DNA of 57,692 bases. It comes from an uncultured Ruminococcus sp. (lineage in GTDB: Bacteria > Bacillota > Clostridia > Oscillospirales > CAG-272). A model generated the notes under the pieces. That model did no database searches and was not told the origin of the DNA. It saw nothing but the letters and a program-made list of their open reading frames with translations. The translations under genes and the position numbers were made by a program. Positions 51,246 through 57,692 of the stretch are shown here, in pieces. The stretch lies in NCBI GenBank assembly GCA_964644445.1, contig CAZXVF010000003.1, positions 1-57,692 on the forward strand. Reading direction: 5' to 3'. Positions within the stretch are counted from its first letter, which is position 1, and every line of letters starts with the position of its first letter.

Positions 51246-52061
51246 ATGGACACGTTAATTCAAATTTACGAGTGGCTGAGACGCACCTCCGACGTTCCGC
51301 AAAAATACGGTACCTACCACCTTACGTGCATAGCACTGACTCTGCTGGTGGCGGCAGCTCTGATACTCCTCTTCAAAAATTGCTCAGACGGCTTTGCGAG
51401 AGTTCTTATTTTCGCCTTCTGGCTCGTGATATTCGTTCTGGAGCTTGGCAAGCAATTTTCATACAGCTTTTACCTTTCGGACGGAGCGCTTCGCTTCGAA
51501 TATTTCTGGCACTTTTTCCCGTTCCAATTCTGCTCGACTCCGCTGTATATCATGCCAATTGCCGCTCTGGCTCGCGACGGTAAGCTGCGTGACGGTTCTA
51601 TAGTTTTTCTCATTTGCTTCGCCGCCGTCGGCGGTATTACGGTCTACGCCTTTCCCGACTCGGTATTTTGCGGCTCGGCTTATCTTAACGTGCAGACGAT
51701 GATACACCACGGGACGCAGATCTTCATTGCACTCTTCCTCGGCGTAAGATACAGAGAAAAGCTAAACCTCAAAAGCTTTATATCGGCAGGAGGCATATTC
51801 ATTTTACTTGCCTCGATAGCTCTCGGGCTTAACATCGCACAGCACGAATTGTTTCCCGTTCTCGGACTCAGCGGCAGCTTCAATCTCTTCTTCATCAGCC
51901 CCTACGAGAGATATCTGCCCGACGTTCTTCTCGGCTTCGGACTTGAAAGCGCACCGTATGCAGTCATACTCGCAGGCTATATTGCAGCCGTGTTTTTAGG
52001 TGCGGGATTAATGCTGTTGCTTTGCCGCCTTATTGCAAGACTCGCCGTCGGTGAGGAATAG
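51246..52061 (+). CDS. YwaF-like integral membrane protein (tandem paralog)
   Basis: YGTYH; LELGKQ; PFQFCSTPLY; QTMIHHG; FNLFFISPY; SD AAGGAG. Confidence 0.8.
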   Translation: MDTLIQIYEWLRRTSDVPQKYGTYHLTCIALTLLVAAALILLFKNCSDGFARVLIFAFWLVIFVLELGKQFSYSFYLSDGALRFEYFWHFFPFQFCSTPLYIMPIAALARDGKLRDGSIVFLICFAAVGGITVYAFPDSVFCGSAYLNVQTMIHHGTQIFIALFLGVRYREKLNLKSFISAGGIFILLASIALGLNIAQHELFPVLGLSGSFNLFFISPYERYLPDVLLGFGLESAPYAVILAGYIAAVFLGAGLMLLLCRLIARLAVGEE

Positions 52062-52119
52062 TGCTGTAAAAGCCCTCAAAACGTAAACAATTGTTATCAA
52101 TTATCCTTATTTATTTGAA

Positions 52120-52153
52120 AGAGCCGAGGTCATTGCCTCGGCTCTGCTTTTTT
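52120..52153 (+). terminator. Intrinsic terminator
   Basis: AGAGCCGAGG/CCTCGGCTCT stem plus T run. Confidence 0.8.
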
Positions 52154-52247
52154 GTTTTTTCGTTACGATTCTTTGAAATTTACTTTTTATTGCTTTTGCT
52201 TGCGCTAGTTTTCTGCCCTCGATGATTTTGTAACCGAAATTACCTTA

Positions 52248-52387
52248 AGCGTTATCTTACACGGTCAAGCGGCACGTTTTTTCACGGACAAGCTACACGT
52301 TATTTACGGTCAAGCGGCACGTTTTTTTACGTACAAGCGGCACGTTTTTTTACGGTCAAACTACACATTATTTACGGACAGGTGGCA
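52248..52387. repeat. 22-23-bp degenerate tandem array
   Basis: ACGG(T/A)CAAGC(GG/TA)CACGTT(T/A)TTT, about 6 copies. Confidence 0.85.
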
Positions 52388-52461
52388 AATCAAAAAACGG
52401 TTGCGGACACGGCGGTAGCTCTTGAGCGATACGCTAAACCACGATGGAACGGCACAAAAAA

Positions 52462-53355
52462 TCATAGGCTGAACACTGCGACGATGACTATTCCGACGGT
52501 AAGCACTCCGAGGCCGACGAGAGACCGCTTCGTGAATTTTTCCTTTAGGATAAGCGAGGAAAAAAGCATTGTCATAAGGATCGAGAGCTTGCCGATCGAG
52601 CCGACCGCAACGGGATTGACGCCCTTCATATTAAGCGCGTAATACTCCGAGAGCCAAGCACAGCCGGTTGCCACTCCCGAGAGAGTCAGGAAAAGATAGC
52701 TTCTTCCCGAAATTTTGCCGACGCCCTTGTACTCTCCCTTCACACCGCAGATCGCCGCGGCAAAAACGAAAACTATAACGGTTCTTATCAGCGTGCCGAG
52801 ATCCGAGGATATCCCCGAAAGTCCGAGCTTCACGAAGAGCGAGGTAAGCCCCGCAAAAACGGCGGAAAGCACGGCACAGGTAAGCCACCCGCGCGACTCC
52901 TCGTGCACCCCCTCCTTCTTATCTATCATAAGCACCGTGCCGCCAAGTATCAGAGCCATGGAGAGAAGAAGCATACAGATCGTCAGGGGATCTCCGCCCC
53001 GAGTCGTGTCGTCGAAGAAGAAAATCATAAACAGCAATCCCGAAAGCACGAAGGACGATTTATCTATCGGCGCGATCTTATTGACGTCACCGAGCGAGAC
53101 CGCCCTGTAATAGAAGAGCCACGAGCAGCCCGTCGCAATTCCCGAAAGCACCAAAAACAGCCAATTCAACGGTGACAGCGACGCTATTTCTCCGAGGCTT
53201 CCGCTAACGGCACACATCAGAACGCAACACAAAATTACGACCGCAGTGCGGTAAACCGTTGCAAAATCGGACTTGACGTCCTTGATACCTATCTTTGCAA
53301 AAATCGTCGTAAGCGAGGTCGCCACAGCCGCGACGAGAGCAAGTATTAACCACAT
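52462..53355 (-). CDS. EamA/DMT family transporter (two EamA halves)
   Basis: AKIG..ATVYRT..SGIATGCSWLFYYRA..PIDKSS repeated as KLG..TLIRT..SGVATGCAWL; SD GGAGG. Confidence 0.9.
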   Translation of the reverse strand: MWLILALVAAVATSLTTIFAKIGIKDVKSDFATVYRTAVVILCCVLMCAVSGSLGEIASLSPLNWLFLVLSGIATGCSWLFYYRAVSLGDVNKIAPIDKSSFVLSGLLFMIFFFDDTTRGGDPLTICMLLLSMALILGGTVLMIDKKEGVHEESRGWLTCAVLSAVFAGLTSLFVKLGLSGISSDLGTLIRTVIVFVFAAAICGVKGEYKGVGKISGRSYLFLTLSGVATGCAWLSEYYALNMKGVNPVAVGSIGKLSILMTMLFSSLILKEKFTKRSLVGLGVLTVGIVIVAVFSL

Positions 53356-53443
53356 AAAAATTTCCTCCGCAGAGCTTTATACCGTGAAACGCGGCTTTTT
53401 AAATATTATATCACCCGCGGCGCGTATTATCAATAGAAAGAGT

Positions 53444-53495
53444 AAAAAAACTTCACTTGTCAAAATCAAAAAACTTCACTTGTCAAAAAACTTCA
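53444..53495. repeat. Direct repeats between divergent EamA and hicB-like genes
   Basis: AAAAAACTTCACTTGTCAAAA x2 (23-bp period) plus a partial third. Confidence 0.8.
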
Positions 53496-53584
53496 TACGT
53501 GCAAAACGAAAAGCGCCGCAAAATAAAAAAAGTATTGAAAAAAATCAAAAAACCGTGTATACTAAAGATAAGGAGGGACGAAAA

Positions 53585-53830
53585 ATGAAATACTTATATC
53601 CCGTAATTTTAGAGCCGGACGCGAGCGGCGGCTTTTGCGTTACCGTACCGGATATTTTCGGCGGTGTTACCTGCGGAGAGGACGAGGCCGACGCGATATT
53701 TATGGCAAAGGATCTCATAAGGCTTATGCTGACGGAAGCACCCGCGCAATGTAACCCTCCGAGAACGCTCGAGGAAACGCAAAGGAGCTTCAAGTGCAAG
53801 CGAGTCGTGGCAGTTGAGGTCGAGATCTGA
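53585..53830 (+). CDS. HicB-like antitoxin domain protein (81 aa)
   Basis: YPVILEP..GGFCVTVPDI.GGVTCGED..DAIFMAKD; SD AAGGAGG. Confidence 0.85.
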   Translation: MKYLYPVILEPDASGGFCVTVPDIFGGVTCGEDEADAIFMAKDLIRLMLTEAPAQCNPPRTLEETQRSFKCKRVVAVEVEI

Positions 53831-53971
53831 TATCGGATGCCGCCGACCTCTTTTACTTCTTCGCTTTTCGCTCGTTACTATTACCTTAAAATTTTCGGAC
53901 GCTTTCGCAGTAAAGAAAAAACAAAAGGCAAAAAATAAAAAATCCTCGGTCGCAAAGCTCCCGAGAATCTT

Positions 53972-54048
53972 TGGTGGAGACGGGTGGGCTCGAACCACTG
54001 ACCCCTTGCATGTCAAGCAAGTACTCTAGCCAACTGAGCTACGCCTCC
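53972..54048 (-). tRNA. tRNA-Val(GAC)
   Basis: GGAGGCG acceptor; CTTGC-TTGACAT-GCAAG; TTCGAGC; encoded CCA; promoter TTGACA-N17-TATAAT at 54059-54087; hairpin terminator 53936-53970. Confidence 0.96.
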
Positions 54049-54309
54049 GTGCCATTATATTATACATATTTCGGTACGGCTTGTCAAGAGATATTGAAAA
54101 CATTTTGTAAAACGGATGAAAATTTGCCCGAACGGCAACGGCACGTCCGAAGAAAAAACGCAAAAAACGAAATTTCAACCGAATATAAAACAAAAAAATA
54201 AAAAGAAAACACGTTTTAAAAGACGCAGACTGCGAAGCACGAATCAAAATCAAAGCACACCGTGCGAAAACGAATTTTGCCGAATAGGTAAAGGAGAGAC
54301 GGAGAAAAT

Positions 54310-54690
54310 ATGAGTATGCTAAAGAAAATTTTATGCGCTGTCATAATATTGCCCTCGTTGCTTCTTTGTACGGGCGCGGCTGTCGGTGAGTGTCTCCAAT
54401 GTGAGGAATGGAAAGGAGAGATAGGAATGGTAAAAATGACCGCACGGATAACCGAGATATCCGACAAGTTAGAGGTCGAGGTAATACAAGGAAGCTACGG
54501 CGCGCACGGCACTTATTGGGTTAATGCGGACGATAGCACACCGTATTTTGACGAGTGCGGAAGAAAAATAGGGCGCGGCGAGCTTTCGGTCGGGGACGTG
54601 ATCGAAATAACCTACACGGGACAAACCGCACTCAGCCTTCCGCCACAGATCTTCGCAAGAAAGATTAAAATCATCGAAAGAGCAAAATAA
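54310..54690 (+). CDS. Small exported OB-fold-like protein (YobA/DUF3221-like)
   Basis: Signal-like N-terminus; LSVGDVIEITYTGQTALSLPPQIFARKI. Confidence 0.6.
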   Translation: MSMLKKILCAVIILPSLLLCTGAAVGECLQCEEWKGEIGMVKMTARITEISDKLEVEVIQGSYGAHGTYWVNADDSTPYFDECGRKIGRGELSVGDVIEITYTGQTALSLPPQIFARKIKIIERAK

Positions 54691-54748
54691 AAAAGGAACG
54701 AAAAATCCTTAAATAAGTCAACAATTATTTACGTTTTTATATGTTTTA

Positions 54749-54778
54749 AGGCAGAGCCTGTAAATTCGGCTCTGCCTC
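54749..54778. terminator. Terminator between convergent genes
   Basis: AGGCAGAGCC/GGCTCTGCCT stem. Confidence 0.75.
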
Positions 54779-54883
54779 TCTTTTTGCTTTTTCAATTTTG
54801 CTTTTGCTTCGAGCTGCCGTATCGATAATACTTCGCACGGCTTTTACATACAGTCTCATCTCCGTGAGACCCCGCTTTGCGTA

Positions 54884-55087
54884 TTACTCAATATCAAGCT
54901 TTATCGGCTCGTCAAGCTCGTGCGGAACGGGTGCGCCGTTCTTTTTTCTCTGCTTCACACACTCCGTCAGAAGGTACTCTATCTGTCCGTTCAGACTGCG
55001 GAAATCGTCCTCCGCCCACTGCGATATTGCGGCGTACAGCTTGGGGGAGATGCGCAGAGGAACCTGCTTCTTTTCGTTATCCGCCAT
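54884..55087 (-). CDS. Arc-like ribbon-helix-helix DNA-binding protein
   Basis: [30 protein letters not shown]; TGATG overlap with the SPFH stop. Confidence 0.85.
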   Translation of the reverse strand: MADNEKKQVPLRISPKLYAAISQWAEDDFRSLNGQIEYLLTECVKQRKKNGAPVPHELDEPIKLDIE

Positions 55088-56103
55088 CAGTAAAGGCTGC
55101 CCGAATTAACTATCGGCTGAGCGTCCTTGTTGCCGCAGAGGACTACGAGAAGATTGGAGACCATTGCCGCCTTGCGCTCCTCGTCCAGCTCTATCGTATT
55201 GTTTGCGGAGAGTCTTTCAAGTGCCATTTCCACCATGCCGACCGCACCGTCAACTATCATTTTCCTCGCATCGATTATAGCGGAAGCCTGCTGACGCTGA
55301 AGCATTACCGCAGCGATCTCGGTCGCGTATGCAAGATAGGTGATTCTCGCGTCGATGATCTCGATACCAGCCTCGTTTACCTTATCCTGGATTTCAGCCT
55401 TGATACGCGCCGCGACGACCTCGCTCGAGCCTCTGAGACTGCCGTCGTCCGCAATACCGTCACCCGTAGTGTCTATACCCGGGGCTACGTCATAAGGGTA
55501 AAGGCGCACGATATTACGAAGCGAGGTATCGCACTGAAGCGAGAGATATTCCTTGTAATTGTCAACGTTAAAGACCGCCTTGGCTGTGTCAACTATTCTC
55601 CACGTAACCGCAATTCCGATCTCGACGGGATTTCCGAGGCAGTCGTTTATCTTCTGGCGGTTGTTGTTAAGAGTCATTATCTTAAGAGAAAGCTTTTTGT
55701 CTACGATTGCCGCCGCATTCTGTGCATTGGGAATAGCGGGTATCGCATCCATATTGCTGACGTCGCCGCTCTGGTTCAATCTGGTGTTTGCCGCTGGATT
55801 TACCGCAACGCAGAAGGGATTTACAAAATAAAAGCCCTCCCCCTTTATCGTTCCGACGTATTTACCAAACAGCGTAAGCACGAGTGCCTCCTGAGGCTTC
55901 AGCACCTTGAGACCTGCAAAGGGTATCCATCCGATGCACAAGCCGATAATTCCGATAACGAAGGCAACGATTCCGGGTATACTGCCGCCTTCCATTGCCA
56001 TTCCGCCGACTATCATAAGTCCGAAATAAGCGACGAGGGCACCGATAGTGGCAATCAACGCGGTCATACCGTTCTTTTTGTTTTGAAGTACGATTTCATT
56101 CAT
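55087..56103 (-). CDS. SPFH/band-7 membrane protein
   Basis: Two N-terminal TMs; LFGKYVGT; [12 protein letters not shown]; YPYD; MLQRQQA; SNLLVVLC. Confidence 0.92.
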   Translation of the reverse strand: MNEIVLQNKKNGMTALIATIGALVAYFGLMIVGGMAMEGGSIPGIVAFVIGIIGLCIGWIPFAGLKVLKPQEALVLTLFGKYVGTIKGEGFYFVNPFCVAVNPAANTRLNQSGDVSNMDAIPAIPNAQNAAAIVDKKLSLKIMTLNNNRQKINDCLGNPVEIGIAVTWRIVDTAKAVFNVDNYKEYLSLQCDTSLRNIVRLYPYDVAPGIDTTGDGIADDGSLRGSSEVVAARIKAEIQDKVNEAGIEIIDARITYLAYATEIAAVMLQRQQASAIIDARKMIVDGAVGMVEMALERLSANNTIELDEERKAAMVSNLLVVLCGNKDAQPIVNSGSLY

Positions 56104-56270
56104 AGTTATTTCTCCTTTATTTATGTATTTATGTCTACTTTTATTTACATTCTGGTGTATTTTTCCCGCTTTTCAAAAAGTGCGTTGCTTTTAGTGCGCT
56201 TTGTTTTTTACGCGCGTTTTGTTAGATTCTTGGGGTGCGTTCGATTTTGCTTTACCGTTCCTCTGTTATT

Positions 56271-56299
56271 ATGATATCATTTTGATATCAGTTTGTCAA
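56271..56299 (-). promoter_or_regulatory. SPFH operon promoter with paired TGATATCA operator
   Basis: TGATATCA at 56272-56279 and 56283-56290 inside TTGACA-N17-TATCAT. Confidence 0.7.
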
Positions 56300-56615
56300 T
56301 ACGTTTTTAAAAACTTTTTTGATTTTTTTCGCACGCTTTTCGGTGTGCTTTGTCGAAGGGCTTTTCGCGTTTTTCCGCTTTATCTGTATTTTTTCTTGTT
56401 TCGCCGCAATCTTTTTTGTCTTGCCAAACGTCTTTTTCGCTTGCTTTTCGCCTATCGCTCAAGGTGGCTTTTCTCTCCCGTTCGGTTTAACAAAAAAATT
56501 CCCGCCACGAAAGGCGGGATAAATTACAATCTATTTATTTTTTCGCTTGGCACGACTCTGTAAAAATCGCCGTATCCGAAAAGCACGGTTTAGATATGCT
56601 CCGAAATTTGAAAAA

Positions 56616-57041
56616 TTACCGAAGGCAGCGAAGGATATTATTTACCGCGTCGTCCTCGTCCAAAACGTCATAGAGAATTATTTCCTTCTGTTCTCCGCCC
56701 TCACGGACTATCACGGTTATCGAAAACTCCTGAAGCTCGCCGCGCACCTTCTGACTCGGCGTTCGGTACGCATTCGTTACGTCCGAAATATTGACAACGC
56801 TCCTTGCGATTCCGCGCTTGATAATGAACGTGTCACCCTCGCGCTCGATCACGCCGCCCTTGTCAGCAAGCACGATAACGCAAATTCCGACCGCCGCAGC
56901 AAACGCGACCAGCATAAGCCCGTTTACGAACCCGATACCGCTATACCAGATCGAAGCGATCGTCGGCACCAGCATGACCGCCGAAAAAATCAGCATATAA
57001 AGATAAGTTTTCTTATACCTCTTAGCTATGACCTCACGCAT
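56616..57041 (-). CDS. Hypothetical two-TM membrane protein with soluble C-terminal domain
   Basis: SD GGAGG before MREV; two hydrophobic segments; hairpin at 56500-56519 downstream. Confidence 0.7.
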   Translation of the reverse strand: MREVIAKRYKKTYLYMLIFSAVMLVPTIASIWYSGIGFVNGLMLVAFAAAVGICVIVLADKGGVIEREGDTFIIKRGIARSVVNISDVTNAYRTPSQKVRGELQEFSITVIVREGGEQKEIILYDVLDEDDAVNNILRCLR

Positions 57042-57692
57042 TTTCTTTCCTCCGATTTTCCGCAATTTACGTTTTCTTATTTTTTGATCCTCTAGTATAC
57101 CCGACCGTTTTCGGTTTAACGACGCCGCAGCTGTAATTCAATCACATCGCACTTGCAGTCATAACGCCGAAATGCCCGTAATTCAAATTTTACCCCTTAA
57201 AGCTTTAAGCTTAACAACCGTTTTCGGTTAAATTACGTAGCAATTTTCATTCGATGAGAACGCTTATGATTGTGCAAAACGGCATTTTATTTTTCACGAG
57301 ACAGTGCTATAGCTTCGGTGCACCGCAGCCTCAATTAAATTATATCACATTCATCAATACCCGTCAAGGAGCGCGGATAAAAATTTACATTTTGAAATTC
57401 GCCGCAAAATCCCCGCCCCGTTTTTCGTGCGTTCTCACACACAGCAAATCTGAAAAATAAAAAAAAGAGATCACGCGCGGCAATCTCCGTTACGGGGTTT
57501 TAAATAAACCTTATTAAGCAGCAGTGGTGTTTTTTTGCGTGTTTAACTTATAGAACTTTCGCTAAACTCGTCAATATAAGTCACACTTTTACGTATCCGT
57601 TTTTTAATCAATCATATCGATCAACTTTTCTGTTTGCCCGTTTTCATTATACAGCTTTCCACTTCTTCACTTTTCGCTCTTACCTATTACGT

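Noticed and set aside
53273-53584. N-terminal extension of HicB or a hidden hicA
   Set aside because: Strong SD directly before ATG 53585; no HicA-like ORF is visible upstream or downstream.
49333-54048. Intact prophage or integrative element at the tRNAs
   Set aside because: No integrase, att duplication or phage genes seen.
57280-57335. Lysine riboswitch
   Set aside because: GAGG..GCG and ACTGTC fragments are present but far too close together, and no lysine gene follows.

Overview
Chromosomal backbone of an anaerobic, spore-forming Bacillota (Clostridia-like; inferred from spoVFA/spoVFB, a T-box and sigma-A promoters). The window holds an M6 metalloprotease lipoprotein, nrdD with tandem NrdR boxes, a divergent ThyX-fold gene, pth, mfd, a three-gene flavin/Fe-S oxidoreductase cluster, an M16C peptidase, a pyruvate formate-lyase locus, two long PlsC-like acyltransferases, T-box-controlled ileS, birA, spoVFBA, holA, an mgsA-like gene, pfkA, tcdA, comM, a U32 protein, tRNA-Thr(GGT), tRNA-Val(GAC), an accessory stretch (YwaF pair, EamA, orphan HicB) and an SPFH/RHH operon. 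I found no CRISPR, integrase or transposase. Best candidate system: a genetically split pyruvate formate-lyase. PflB stops before its glycyl-radical domain and ends in a 41-aa acidic Cys-containing tail, the radical domain is a separate 80-aa gene, and pflA follows. Other notable signals are a ThyX-like protein lacking the RHRxxS signature beside nrdD, MgsA and MBL proteins with replaced active-site residues, an Ile T-box with an eroded antiterminator, and many unrelated intergenic tandem arrays with periods near multiples of 11 bp. All calls come from motif reading by eye, with no database searches.
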